A DNA stretch of 64,000 nt from an uncultured Candidatus Entotheonella sp. (GCA_965217185.1 OZ244252.1:4062469-4126468), one strand, 5' to 3'. Positions 25,929-35,892 are shown, numbered from the stretch's first letter. Made by a program: numbers and translations. The notes: generated by a model not told the origin, from the sequence alone.

Positions 25929-26828
25929 GTGATCGAGATACGACCCATGTCGATTCATATCGGTGCGGAAATTCACGGTGTCGATCTGACTCAACCGCTG
26001 GCGCCGGAAACGGTACAGGAGATTCGCACTGCCTTGTTGCAATGGAAGGTGGTGTTTTTTCGTGACCAACACCTCAATCATCAGCAGCAGACCGACTTTG
26101 CCCGGCAATTCGGCCAGCTGACTCCCGGACACGTGGTGTTCGGCAACGACGCCACCTATCCTGCCATTTACTCGGTGGCCAAACACCGCATGGCCAATCG
26201 CCACCAACGCCAAGGGGCGATGAAGCCCTGGACGGGTTGGCACACCGACATCACCGCTGCCATTAACCCGCCGGCCGCCTCCATTTTGCGTGGCGAGATC
26301 GTCCCGCCCTACGGCGGCGACACGCAATGGACTAATCTGGTGGTCGCCTATGAAAACCTGTCGTCCACGTTGCAGGGCTTTATCGATGGGTTGCGCTGCG
26401 TGCACCGCTATGCGGTCCCACAAACCGCCCAAAATACTGAGGAATACGATGAGCTGGTGCGCCGCCGCACGCTGGTTAGCGAGCACCCGCTGGTGCGGGT
26501 TCATCCCGAAACGGGTGAACGTGCTCTGTATTGCAGCCCGTCGTTTCTCAAGTCAATCGTTGGCCTGACGCCGCGCGAGAGCGAGCAAATGCTGGAGCTC
26601 CTGTGGGAACACGCCATCCGGCCGGAATTCACGGTGCGCTTCAAGTGGGAACCGGGTAGCCTGGCGTTTTGGGACAATCGCTCGACCGCCCATCTCGCTC
26701 CGCGGGATATCTTTGCGACCGATTTCGATCGACAGTTCTACCGCATCACCCTCATGGGTGACATCCCGGTGGGGATTGACGGTAAGGAGTCCGTCTCGGT
26801 CGCCGGCGACCCAATTACGCCTCTGTGA
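25929..26828 (+). CDS. TauD/TfdA alpha-ketoglutarate-dependent dioxygenase
   Basis: IGAEIHGVDL, WHTD, GGDT, HPLVRVHPETG, WDNRSTAH; GTG start after aaggagg. Confidence 0.93.
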   Translation: MIEIRPMSIHIGAEIHGVDLTQPLAPETVQEIRTALLQWKVVFFRDQHLNHQQQTDFARQFGQLTPGHVVFGNDATYPAIYSVAKHRMANRHQRQGAMKPWTGWHTDITAAINPPAASILRGEIVPPYGGDTQWTNLVVAYENLSSTLQGFIDGLRCVHRYAVPQTAQNTEEYDELVRRRTLVSEHPLVRVHPETGERALYCSPSFLKSIVGLTPRESEQMLELLWEHAIRPEFTVRFKWEPGSLAFWDNRSTAHLAPRDIFATDFDRQFYRITLMGDIPVGIDGKESVSVAGDPITPL

Positions 26829-26868
26829 GTGGTGCCCCCGCCACAGCCATTGCACCGCGATTGGACGC

Positions 26869-26902
26869 AAAAAAGCCCCGGAGGCGGAATGCCTCCGGGG
26901 CT
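26869..26902 (-). terminator. Rho-independent terminator (minus strand)
   Basis: 12-bp stem agccccggaggc/gcctccggggct followed by a 6-T run on the minus strand. Confidence 0.85.
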
Positions 26903-27030
26903 AAGCGGTGGGCTGCTTGGACTAGCCGAGGCACCTGAGTGCCGACGCCTATAAGCGCCCAAGCCGATGCCTCAAGCCTCAGCCACCTCGCTGATCGTAT
27001 GTTGCATTAGATCACCTCCTTTCTTGCGTG
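26869..27030 (-). other. Candidate small structured transcript with 11-codon ORF (27007-26972, MQHTISEVAEA-TGA)
   Basis: Own sigma70 promoter, SD AAGGAGGTGATC, ATG, long hairpin and terminator, all on the minus strand. Confidence 0.5.
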
Positions 27031-27035
27031 CGGCA

Positions 27036-27063
27036 AGGATAGCATCCCGCGACGTTATGTCAA
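27036..27063 (-). promoter_or_regulatory. Sigma70-type promoter (minus strand)
   Basis: TTGACA-16 nt-TATCCT with extended -10 TG. Confidence 0.65.
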
Positions 27064-27124
27064 GCGACATTTGACGGCTTGTGGGTCACCTCACAAGTGG
27101 GTTCAGAGGCTCGGGGTCTCGCCA

Positions 27125-27153
27125 TTGACTCAACCTCCAATCGCGTCTAGGAT
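27125..27153 (+). promoter_or_regulatory. Sigma70-type promoter of the dehydrogenase operon
   Basis: TTGACT-17 nt-TAGGAT. Confidence 0.55.
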
Positions 27154-27226
27154 GGCGCCTCGCTTACGATCAGCCCGGGCAGAGTCGGCTCTGCCCGTTT
27201 TTATGTATCAAACGGAGGACTTACTG

Positions 27227-28210
27227 ATGCCAGTTGAAGCTCCCTCGGCGGAAAAGCTCCTCGACATGTATGCGCGCATGTGGTGCATACGCCTGTTCGA
27301 GGAACAAGCGGAATACCAGTCCAGCCAGGGTAAGGTGATGGGAGCCCTGCATACCTACATCGGTGAAGAAGGCGTGGCGGTGCCCGTCTGTGCGCACCTG
27401 CAGGACACGGATTACATCACCAGCACCCACCGAGGCCACGGCCACTGCATTGCCAAAGGCGCCGATATCAGTCGCATGATGGCCGAGCTCTTTGGCCGCT
27501 CCACCGGTTATTGCAAGGGTAAGGGCGGCTCCATGCACATCGCCGATTTCAAGGTCGGCATGCTGGGGGCGAACGGCATCGTGGCCGGGGGGTTCGGGAT
27601 CGCCACCGGCGCCGGTCTGGCGGCCCAGTTGCGCGGCAACGGTCAGGTGGCGGTGTGCTTTTTCGGCGACGGGGCGGCCAATCGCGGCCCGTTTCACGAA
27701 AACATCAACATCGGCGCCGTATGGAAGCTGCCGGTGGTGTACGTGTGCGAGAACAACCAGTTCGCGCAGTGGACGCCGCAGAAGGACGTGACGCTGGTGA
27801 CCGACATCGCCAACATGTCGCCGGCCTACGGTATCCCGGGCGTGCAGGTGGACGGTATGGACCCCCTGGCCGTGTACGAGGCGGCCGGCGAAGCGATCGC
27901 GCGCGCGCGCCGGGGCGAAGGGCCGACCCTGCTGGAGTGTAAGACCTACCGCTTTCACGGTCACAACTTCGGCGACCCGCAGCAGTACCGCACGCGAGAG
28001 GAAATTGCCGAGTGGTCCGACAACCGCGACCCCGTCAAGCAAATGGCGGCGCACCTGCGCGACGCCGGCATCCTGAGTGACGAGCAGGACGCCGACATCC
28101 AGAATACGGTGCAGGAAGAGATCACCGCAGCGGTGCGCTTTGCTGAGAGCAGCCCGTATCCAACACCGGACGAACTGTACAAAGACGTCTATTCCTACGA
28201 TATCGGTTGA
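27227..28210 (+). CDS. TPP-dependent acetoin/pyruvate dehydrogenase E1 alpha
   Basis: STHRGHGH, GKGGSMH, GDGA...ENN TPP motif, TYRFHGH; RBS ggagg. Confidence 0.93.
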   Translation: MPVEAPSAEKLLDMYARMWCIRLFEEQAEYQSSQGKVMGALHTYIGEEGVAVPVCAHLQDTDYITSTHRGHGHCIAKGADISRMMAELFGRSTGYCKGKGGSMHIADFKVGMLGANGIVAGGFGIATGAGLAAQLRGNGQVAVCFFGDGAANRGPFHENINIGAVWKLPVVYVCENNQFAQWTPQKDVTLVTDIANMSPAYGIPGVQVDGMDPLAVYEAAGEAIARARRGEGPTLLECKTYRFHGHNFGDPQQYRTREEIAEWSDNRDPVKQMAAHLRDAGILSDEQDADIQNTVQEEITAAVRFAESSPYPTPDELYKDVYSYDIG

Positions 28211-28253
28211 CGACATCCGGCCTGCGGTCGGGACCTGGAAGGGGAGCAAGCTG

Positions 28254-29225
28254 ATGCCGAAAAAGAGCATGCGCGACGCGTTGCGCGAGGCACTTCACGA
28301 AGAAATGGAACGGGATGACAGCATTATCGTGCTGGGTGAGGACGTGATTACCCACGGCGGTCCGTACGCCGTGACGCGGGGTCTTGACGAGAAATTTCCC
28401 GGTCGCATTCGCCAGACGCCGATTTCCGAGGCGGGCATTGTCGGCACTGCCCTCGGCGCGGCGCTGTGCGGCATGCGCCCGGTGGCGGAAGTCATGTACG
28501 TCGATTTTGCCACCTGCGCCATGGACGAGGTGGTGAATCAGATGGCCAAGGTGCGCTACATGTTCGGCGGCCAGACCGACGTGCCCGTGGTGCTGCGTTT
28601 GCCGTCGGGCTCGGCGCGGCTGCTGGCGGCCCAGCATTCGCAATGCCTGGAGGCGTGGTTCCTGCACGTGCCCGGCCTGCAGGTGGTGGTGCCGTCGACG
28701 GCGTACGACGCCAAGGGCCTGATGAAGACCGCCCTGCGCGGCAAGGACCCGGTGCTGTTCATGGAGTACAAACGGCTGTACACCAACGAGTGCGAGGTAC
28801 CGGACGAGGACTACGCGATACCGTTCGGGCAGGCGGACGTAAAGCGGGAAGGAGGCGACGTGACCATCGTGGCCACCGGCCCCATGGTGCCGAAGGCGCT
28901 GGAGGCGGCCGATCTTCTGTCGCCGGAAGGCATTGAGGTCGAGGTGGTGGATACCCGCACGCTGGTGCCGTTTGACAAGGCGACGGTGTTCGCTTCGGTC
29001 GAAAAGACCAACCGGGTGATCGTGACCGACGAGGAGGTGAAGCGCGGCGGCACCAGTGCCGAGATCGCCTCGCTGATCGCCGAGGAGTGTTTCGACGCCC
29101 TGGACGCGCCGGTGAAGCGCGTGGCGGCGGCGGAAGTGCCGATGCCGTTCAGCCCGGAACTGGAAAAGCTGGTGGTGCCCAAGACCGAGCATCTGGTCGC
29201 CGCGGCCCGCGAACTCGTCGGCTAG
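28254..29225 (+). CDS. Acetoin/pyruvate dehydrogenase E1 beta
   Basis: LGEDV, TPISEAG, NQMAKVRYMFGGQ, AQHSQ, DAKGL. Confidence 0.93.
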   Translation: MPKKSMRDALREALHEEMERDDSIIVLGEDVITHGGPYAVTRGLDEKFPGRIRQTPISEAGIVGTALGAALCGMRPVAEVMYVDFATCAMDEVVNQMAKVRYMFGGQTDVPVVLRLPSGSARLLAAQHSQCLEAWFLHVPGLQVVVPSTAYDAKGLMKTALRGKDPVLFMEYKRLYTNECEVPDEDYAIPFGQADVKREGGDVTIVATGPMVPKALEAADLLSPEGIEVEVVDTRTLVPFDKATVFASVEKTNRVIVTDEEVKRGGTSAEIASLIAEECFDALDAPVKRVAAAEVPMPFSPELEKLVVPKTEHLVAAARELVG

Positions 29226-29238
29226 AGGAGACGGGTGG

Positions 29239-30618
29239 ATGGCCATCACATTCGGTATGCCCAGCCTCGGGCATACGATGGAAAAAGGCAAGATCATTGA
29301 GTGGTTGAAGCAGGAAGGCGACGCCGTCGCTAAGGGCGAGCCGCTGGTGGTGATTGAAACCGATAAGGTAATCACCGAGGTCGAGTCGCCTGTCGACGGC
29401 GTGGTATTGAAGATCGCTGTCGCCGCTGAGGAAGAACGGCCGATCGGCTCGCCGCTGGTATTGTTGGGTTCGGCTGGCGAGCAGCTCAGTGAGGCGGATA
29501 TTCAGCAGTTGCTCGGTGATGATACTGCAGCGGCGTCGGCTGCTCCGCCAGTTCCGGCGCCCGTACCCACTCCGGCTGCACCGCCTAGGGCCGCAGCGGC
29601 CGGCGAGCGGGTGAAAATATCCCCGATCGCCCGCAAGCTGTGCGACGAGTTGGGTATCGACCCGGCTACCGTGCCCGGCACCGGACCGGGCGGGCGCATC
29701 ACTCGCGAGGACGTTGAAAAAGCTGTGCAAGCCGCCCCGGCGCCAGCCGCTGCCGAGCGCGTCAAGATTTCCCCGGTGGCGCGCAAGCTATGCGAGGAGA
29801 TGGGCGTCGATCCGGCCAGTGTGACGGGCACCGGCCCGGGCGGCAGGATTACCCGTGACGATGTGCTGAAGGCCGCCGAGGCGGCAAAGGCGGCGCCTGT
29901 TCCGGCCGCCGCGTCGGCGGCCGCTGGCAGTACCGTGCCGCTGCGTGGCATACGCGGGCGCGTTGCCGAGCGCATGTTCCAGAGTTGGAACACCATCCCG
30001 CGGGTCACCGAGGTCATGCTCGTCGACATGAATGCCACGGTGAGTTTCCGCCAAGCCATGCTGGCGCAGTGGGAGCAGCAGTATGGGGTTCGCATCTCGC
30101 TGAACGACCTGATTACCAAGGCGGTTGCCGAGGCCCTGCGCCGCCATCCCAGGCTGAACGCCACCCTCGTGGACCAGGAAGTGCACCTGCACGAGAATGT
30201 CAATGTCGGTGTCGCCGTCAACCTCGACGAGGGGCTCATCGTGCCGGTGATTGCCGACGCCGACCGCAAGGACCTCGGTCAGATCGCCCGCGAAAGCCGC
30301 GAGTTGGCCGAGAAGGCCCGCGCCGTGCCGATGCGCCTGTCGCCCGACGAGGTCAACAACGGCACCTTCACCATTACCAATCTGGGCACCACCGGCATCG
30401 ATCTCTTCACGCCCATCATCAATCCGCCGCAAGTCGCCATTCTGGGGGTGGGCATGGTGCAACGCCGGCCCGTGGTCGTCGGGGACGCCTTGGCGATTCG
30501 CCCCTCGGTTTACCTCTGCCTGGTGTTCGATCACCGCGCCGTGGACGGCGTGCCGGCGGCCTATTTCTTGCAAGAGTTGCAACGCCTGCTCGAAAAACCC
30601 CAGGAATTCGCGCTCTGA
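29239..30618 (+). CDS. Dihydrolipoamide acyltransferase E2 (one lipoyl domain, two subunit-binding domains)
   Basis: IETDKV lipoyl Lys, two KISP.ARKL...GTGPGGRITR.DV repeats, FDHRAVDG active site. Confidence 0.93.
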   Translation: MAITFGMPSLGHTMEKGKIIEWLKQEGDAVAKGEPLVVIETDKVITEVESPVDGVVLKIAVAAEEERPIGSPLVLLGSAGEQLSEADIQQLLGDDTAAASAAPPVPAPVPTPAAPPRAAAAGERVKISPIARKLCDELGIDPATVPGTGPGGRITREDVEKAVQAAPAPAAAERVKISPVARKLCEEMGVDPASVTGTGPGGRITRDDVLKAAEAAKAAPVPAAASAAAGSTVPLRGIRGRVAERMFQSWNTIPRVTEVMLVDMNATVSFRQAMLAQWEQQYGVRISLNDLITKAVAEALRRHPRLNATLVDQEVHLHENVNVGVAVNLDEGLIVPVIADADRKDLGQIARESRELAEKARAVPMRLSPDEVNNGTFTITNLGTTGIDLFTPIINPPQVAILGVGMVQRRPVVVGDALAIRPSVYLCLVFDHRAVDGVPAAYFLQELQRLLEKPQEFAL

Positions 30619-30627
30619 GTCGGCGAC

Positions 30628-30651
30628 GGGGGCTCGTATAACCGAGTCCCC
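30628..30651. terminator. Hairpin between convergent E2 and mutY
   Basis: gggggctcg-tataac-cgagtcccc stem-loop. Confidence 0.4.
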
Positions 30652-31734
30652 TCAGCCGGCGTTCCCCTGCATGCGCTCGTAATCGCGCACAGCCTCCAGC
30701 ACCTTATGGTTGGCCTTGGGGAGCGGGTAGGTGCCGATTTCTTGCAGACTCACCCAGCGTACCTCGTCGCTTGTCAGCGCCTTGGCCTCGCCGCTGCGCC
30801 ATTCGCAGCGATAGGCGGTCAGGGTGATCTTGAAGTGGGTGTAGCCGTGCTCGACCCGGCAATACGGGAAGCCGACACGGATGCGCAGGCCGGTCTTCGC
30901 GTGGACTTCGCGGCGCAGCGTCGTGGCGGGGGCTTCGCCGGGCTTTGACTTGCCGCCCGGAAATACCCACAGCCCGCCGAGCATCTGATCCTGCCGCCGC
31001 CGCGCCAGCAGAAATTTTTCGTCCTTCCAGACGATCCCGGCCACGATCTGGTGATGCGGCACCGGCTTGCGGGCGCTTTTCACCGGTAACTCGGCGGTGC
31101 GTCCGGTTTGGAAGGCCACGCAGTCCGCCTGCAGCGGGCAGGCGTTGCAGCGCGGCGCCTGCGGGCGGCAAACCAGCGCGCCGACTTCCATCATTGCCTG
31201 ATTGAACGCCGACGGCGGTGCCGCGGCGATGAAGGGCGTCAAGCGGGTCTGCAACTCGGTGCGCAGGCGTGGCTGGCGGATGTCAGTCGCGATGCCCCAA
31301 AACCGGCAGAATACCCGCAGGACGTTGCCGTCGACCACTGGCACCGGATACCCGAACGCGATGCTGCCGACGGCTGCTGTCGTGTAGGGGCCAAAACCAG
31401 GCAGGCGGCGCAGCGCCTCGATGTCTCCGGGCAACTCGCCGTCGTGCTGCGCCACGAGCAGTTGGGCGGTCTTATGCAGGTTGCGGGCGCGCGAGTAATA
31501 ACCCAGCCCCTCCCACAGCTTGAGCACCGCCTGCTGGTCCGCCGCCGCCAAGGCCGGCACGTCCGGGAAGGCCCGGATGAAGCGCTCGAAATAGGGGATG
31601 ACGGTGTCCACCTGGGTTTGCTGCAGCATCACCTCGCTGAGCCATACGTAGTAAGGCCGGCAGTCGTCCCGCCATGGCAGGCGGCGTTGGTGTCGCTCGA
31701 ACCAGTCGAGCAACCGTGTCACCCAATCCTTCAT
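30652..31734 (-). CDS. mutY: A/G-specific adenine glycosylase with C-terminal NUDIX-like domain
   Basis: WLSEVMLQQTQV, WEGLGYYSRARNL, LPGFGPYTT HhH, VDGNVLRV, C-x6-C-x2-C-x5-C FeS motif. Confidence 0.95.
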   Translation of the reverse strand: MKDWVTRLLDWFERHQRRLPWRDDCRPYYVWLSEVMLQQTQVDTVIPYFERFIRAFPDVPALAAADQQAVLKLWEGLGYYSRARNLHKTAQLLVAQHDGELPGDIEALRRLPGFGPYTTAAVGSIAFGYPVPVVDGNVLRVFCRFWGIATDIRQPRLRTELQTRLTPFIAAAPPSAFNQAMMEVGALVCRPQAPRCNACPLQADCVAFQTGRTAELPVKSARKPVPHHQIVAGIVWKDEKFLLARRRQDQMLGGLWVFPGGKSKPGEAPATTLRREVHAKTGLRIRVGFPYCRVEHGYTHFKITLTAYRCEWRSGEAKALTSDEVRWVSLQEIGTYPLPKANHKVLEAVRDYERMQGNAG

Positions 31735-31878
31735 GGCACTCTATTCCTGATTTCCGACATGGTTCTCAACGGGCAGGGGCTTTGCACAAAAGGTCAGGCG
31801 TGTTCGCGCCGTTGCGGTCAGGATCCGTCTATGTTGGACGAGCTTCCGGTGGGTTCATGGCGAGGGTGCGTCTGCGGC

Positions 31879-32187
31879 CTAAATTTGTTCCAGGATGACG
31901 TCAATTCGTCCCTCGTTCCTTGCGACGCGCTCGCTGATGCTGAGCTTGCGGAGTTCGGAGACTTCCTTGGTGAGGCGGTCGATACGCTTGTCCATCGCGT
32001 TAAAGCGTTGGTCGACAGCGTCAAAGCGTTGATTGATGTATCTGTCTTGGGCATCAAAACGCTGGCTGATGAGTTCGTCTTGGGCGTCCAGGCGTTGATC
32101 GACGATGGTAACCAGTGCGACGGAAGCGACGATGATGGTCGCGATGGTGATGAGGGTGTCGCTGTGTTTCTCGATCCAGTTGGGCAT
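31879..32187 (-). CDS. Small coiled-coil repeat protein with N-terminal TM
   Basis: Hydrophobic N-terminus followed by QR(L/F)DAQD/QRFDAVD/QRFNAMD repeats. Confidence 0.65.
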   Translation of the reverse strand: MPNWIEKHSDTLITIATIIVASVALVTIVDQRLDAQDELISQRFDAQDRYINQRFDAVDQRFNAMDKRIDRLTKEVSELRKLSISERVARNEGRIDVILEQI

Positions 32188-32352
32188 GGAACAGAGCCCC
32201 CAAAGTCGGCCACAGGATAGGAGGGAGTGTATCACAGTTGGACTGGGGCGGGGAGCGCCGACGTCTCAACCTCAACACAGGCCAGCGAGCCCCTGCTATA
32301 CTGGTCAAATTCGATTGGCAAACCAACATGTTACGGAGAGAAAGGAACGGAC

Positions 32353-33423
32353 ATGCCACGCTTCAACCCGGCCGATCTGAGGACAGTCGGCTACACGCTT
32401 TTCGCCGCCCTCGGATGTCGGCCCGAGGACGCCCGGGCGGTCGTCGACCACTTGGTCGAGTCCAACCTGTTCGGCCACGACTCGCACGGCGCCATTCGGT
32501 TTTACGAATACGCCCAGGCGATTCGCGAGGGCCGCTTTCAGCCGCAGGCAGTGCCCAAGGTGGTGCGCGACAAGCCGTGCCTGGCGGTGGTTGACGCTGG
32601 CGGCGCCATGGGGCAGGTGGGCGCCACCTTTGCCACGCGGCTGGCCATCGACAAGGCCCGGCAACACGGCGTCGGGGCGGTATCGTTGCGCAACACCAGC
32701 CACATCGGCCGGGTCGGTGCGTACCCGCTCATGGTGGCGCGCGAGGGGTTGATTGGGCAGATTTTCGTCAACGCCGGGCACATGGGCCATCAGGCCGCCC
32801 CGTTTGGCGGCATCGACGGCAGGCTGAGCACCAATCCGATTGCCTTTGCGGCCCCGAGGCGCGCCGCCGAGCCGCTGCTCGTGGACATGACGACGTCGGT
32901 GGTTGCGGAGGGCAAAATCCGCGTGGCGCTGAACAAGGGCGATCAGGTACCCGAGGGCTGGATCATCGATTCGCAGGGCAATCCCACCACCGACCCGAAG
33001 GAATTCAAGGGCGACCCGCCAGGGGCCATGCTGCCGATGGGCGGCGTCGTGGCTCACAAGGGCTACGCCCTGAGCCTCATGGTCGAGATTCTCGGCGGTG
33101 CCCTGAGCGGCCTAGGATGCGCCAGCGGCGCGCCCGTCATGACCAGCAACGGCGTGTTCCTGCAGGTCTACGACATCGAGCATTTTGTCGACATGGAAGA
33201 TTACTACCGCGAGGTGGAAGCGCTGACCGCGCACGTGAAGTCAAGCCGCCCGGCGCCGGGCTTTAGCGAGATCATGCTGCCGGGCGAGCCGGAATTCCGC
33301 AGCGCCGAGCGCCGTTCGCGCGACGGCATCGAGGTGGACGACACCACGTGGTCGCGCATTTGCCAGGAGGCCAAGGCGGTCAACGTGGACGTGGGTCAGT
33401 GGGAGGCCCTGCTGACCGCCTAG
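32353..33423 (+). CDS. Ldh_2-family (malate/L-lactate dehydrogenase-like) oxidoreductase
   Basis: GHDSHG, SHIGR, STNPIAF, HKGYALS, LPGEPE motifs. Confidence 0.92.
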   Translation: MPRFNPADLRTVGYTLFAALGCRPEDARAVVDHLVESNLFGHDSHGAIRFYEYAQAIREGRFQPQAVPKVVRDKPCLAVVDAGGAMGQVGATFATRLAIDKARQHGVGAVSLRNTSHIGRVGAYPLMVAREGLIGQIFVNAGHMGHQAAPFGGIDGRLSTNPIAFAAPRRAAEPLLVDMTTSVVAEGKIRVALNKGDQVPEGWIIDSQGNPTTDPKEFKGDPPGAMLPMGGVVAHKGYALSLMVEILGGALSGLGCASGAPVMTSNGVFLQVYDIEHFVDMEDYYREVEALTAHVKSSRPAPGFSEIMLPGEPEFRSAERRSRDGIEVDDTTWSRICQEAKAVNVDVGQWEALLTA

Positions 33424-33446
33424 GAGTCGGAGGGGAGTCAGCGCAC

Positions 33447-34673
33447 TCAGCTCGGTAGCGGCGCGGCCACCGCCCGTTGTGCCAGCGGCTGCGGATACCA
33501 GTGATCCTCGTAATCGCTCCACAGGCCGCGCAGGTGCGGCATGACGTCCTGGGCAAAGCGCTGGGTGTTTTCGCGTGTCAGTTCGTCGCCCATGTTGCCG
33601 ATCTGGCATAGCAGCATGGCATTGCCGACGCGCATGTTGGTGAACGCCTCGCGCAGAGTGTCGCGTACGGTGGCGGCGCTGCCGGCCACTACGTAGCCGT
33701 GTTCAATGAAGTCCTTCCATTTCAACTGCTGGCGTGCCGCCGAGGCGATACCGCCGACTTGCGGGGTGAATCCCGCCCGCATGGTGGCCATGGTGCGATA
33801 GCCTGGCGCGTCGGCGAAACCGGGGTGGACGTGCAGGCAGCGGTTGAAGAAGTAATCGATGTGCGGTGCGTACAACCGCTCGGCTTCCTGATCGCTGTCG
33901 GCCACGCAGACGATCTGCGCGTAACCGGCGCGATAGGGGTTGTCGTCCTTGCCGAGGGCCGCGGCCCTCTCCCAATAGCCGTCCATCACCTTCTGCGCCC
34001 GCTTGTAGCCGTAATAGCTGAGGTTGGAGTAGTTGTAGTCGTGCTGCAGGCAGAAGTCCCAGGTTTCGACGCTGCCGCCGCCGGGAATCCAGATGGGCGG
34101 GTGCGGTTGCTGCAAGGGCCGCGGCCAGATGTTCACGTAGCGCAACTGGGTGTACTTGCCGTTGAAGCTGAACGGTTCCGGGCGCGACCACGCCTGGATG
34201 ATCAGCCGGTGCGCCTCGTCGTACTTGTCGCGTAGCGTGGCGGGCGGCTCGCCGTAGCAGAAATTGGTGTCCATCGACGTGCCGACCGGAAAGCCGGCGA
34301 TGAGCCTGCCGCCGCTCATTACGTCGAGCATGGCAAACTCCTCGGCCACACGAATCGGTGGGTTGTACAGGGCGATGCTGTTACCCATCACCACCAGCGC
34401 CGCCTTCGACGTGCGGCGCGCCAACGCCGCCCCCATGATGTTGGGCGACGGCATGAGGCCGTAGGCGTTCTGGTGATGTTCGTTCACGCAGATGCCGTCG
34501 AACCCGAGGCCGTCGGCGAACTCCAGTTGATCAAGATATTGGTGGTACAAATGGTGTCCCCGTTCGGGATCGAACAGCGCACTCGGCACGTCCACCCACA
34601 CGCTGCGATACTTGTCCTTGAAATCGTCCGGCAAATCCGGGTACGGCATTAAATGGAACCAGTGAAAACGCAT
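33447..34673 (-). CDS. LLM-class flavin-dependent oxidoreductase
   Basis: GFDGICVNEHH, PIRVAEEFAMLDVMSGGR, WPRPLQQPHPPIW. Confidence 0.92.
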   Translation of the reverse strand: MRFHWFHLMPYPDLPDDFKDKYRSVWVDVPSALFDPERGHHLYHQYLDQLEFADGLGFDGICVNEHHQNAYGLMPSPNIMGAALARRTSKAALVVMGNSIALYNPPIRVAEEFAMLDVMSGGRLIAGFPVGTSMDTNFCYGEPPATLRDKYDEAHRLIIQAWSRPEPFSFNGKYTQLRYVNIWPRPLQQPHPPIWIPGGGSVETWDFCLQHDYNYSNLSYYGYKRAQKVMDGYWERAAALGKDDNPYRAGYAQIVCVADSDQEAERLYAPHIDYFFNRCLHVHPGFADAPGYRTMATMRAGFTPQVGGIASAARQQLKWKDFIEHGYVVAGSAATVRDTLREAFTNMRVGNAMLLCQIGNMGDELTRENTQRFAQDVMPHLRGLWSDYEDHWYPQPLAQRAVAAPLPS

Positions 34674-34859
34674 GAAGCATCTCTTTCCGTTGGGAGTCTG
34701 CAGCCTCGGCGGCCCGCGCCGCGTAGGTATTACCGAGCGGCAGGTATACACGTGTTTTGTTGTCAATACAAGGGCCGGGTCAGACCCTATTTCTATGTTC
34801 TGGCTGGCGTTTGGGAGGCGTCATTTTTCGTTCCTTCTCCGTTGGGGTAACATGACATC

Positions 34860-35133
34860 ATGCTGATCGAATTCGACGCGGCAAAGCGCGAGGTGACGCT
34901 TGAGGTCAGAGGACTGGACATGGCCCGGGCCGACGAGGTATTCGCGGGCACTACGTTGACTGTTGAGGATGACCGGCGGGACTACGGCGAGGAGCGCTTT
35001 TATCACCATCGGGTTTCTCGATGACGCAATGGTGGTTCTCGTATGGACTCCTCGCGGGCGCGCCGCGCGTCGTGTCATCAGCATGAGGAAAGCCAATGAA
35101 CGAGAACGAAGGCTCTACGCCCCGAGATTTTGA
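34860..35133 (+). pseudogene. brnT: BrnT toxin with 1-nt insertion in the T run at 34998-35001
   Basis: MLIEFDAAKR...EDDRRDYGEERF, then shifted frame ITIGFLDDAMVVLVWTPRG...RVISMRKANERE. Confidence 0.85.
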
Positions 35134-35353
35134 TCCAGACACCGCACCGGATCTTTCCGGGGATGACTGGCCGGAGAAGTTCGCCAAGGCGACGGTTCGT
35201 CGCGGCCGTCCGTCGGTGTCCATCCGGAAAGTGTCAACCACGGTCCGTCTGCCGCAGGACGTGGTCGATCATTTCAAGGCCGGCGGTCGCGGATGGCAGA
35301 CGCGAGTCGAAGCAGCCCTGCGGGAGTGGATTAGCAAACAGGACACCGCGTAA
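35096..35353 (+). CDS. brnA: BrnA antitoxin
   Basis: RGRP...KVSTTVRLPQDVVDHFKAGGRGWQTRVEAALREW. Confidence 0.9.
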   Translation: MNENEGSTPRDFDPDTAPDLSGDDWPEKFAKATVRRGRPSVSIRKVSTTVRLPQDVVDHFKAGGRGWQTRVEAALREWISKQDTA

Positions 35354-35892
35354 ACACGAACAGGGTTTGACAGGCAGCGTTGTCTATACCCCGACCGCGT
35401 TTTCCAATGGCGGATGGTCTGAAGGATAACAGGATGTCGATAGAGCCCGGTACGTTTGTCCGTTTGATCACCGATCCAAGCCGATCAGGCGTGATACAGC
35501 CCGGCGAGAAGACAACAGCCGGCATGCGGATGGTATCGGTCCGGTTCGCAAATGGCGCCGTGTCTTGGTTGCCGGCGGATAACCTGGAACCAGTGCCTGA
35601 GGCGCCACCGGATTTGGCCGAGTGCTTTGCAGAAGGCCGGTTTGTCGCTCCCGATTGGTTGCGGCGCGTGCTAACGCGCATCCGCGTTACCGGACGCCTC
35701 AGAGATGTTGTTTATAGCATGGAGGCTACGGAAACAGACTTCTATGCTCACCAATTCAAGCCGGTTCTCAAATTACTCAAGTCCCCAACGGACGCCCTGT
35801 TGATCGCAGATGAGGTTGGGCTGGGTAAGACAATCGAAGCTGGTCTGATCTGGACCGAGCTGCGAGCACGGCTAGAGTGCAACCGCTTACTA

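Noticed and set aside
27010..27024. gatcacctcctttct identical to the 16S rRNA 3' end
   Set aside because: No other 16S sequence precedes it; better explained as a minus-strand Shine-Dalgarno
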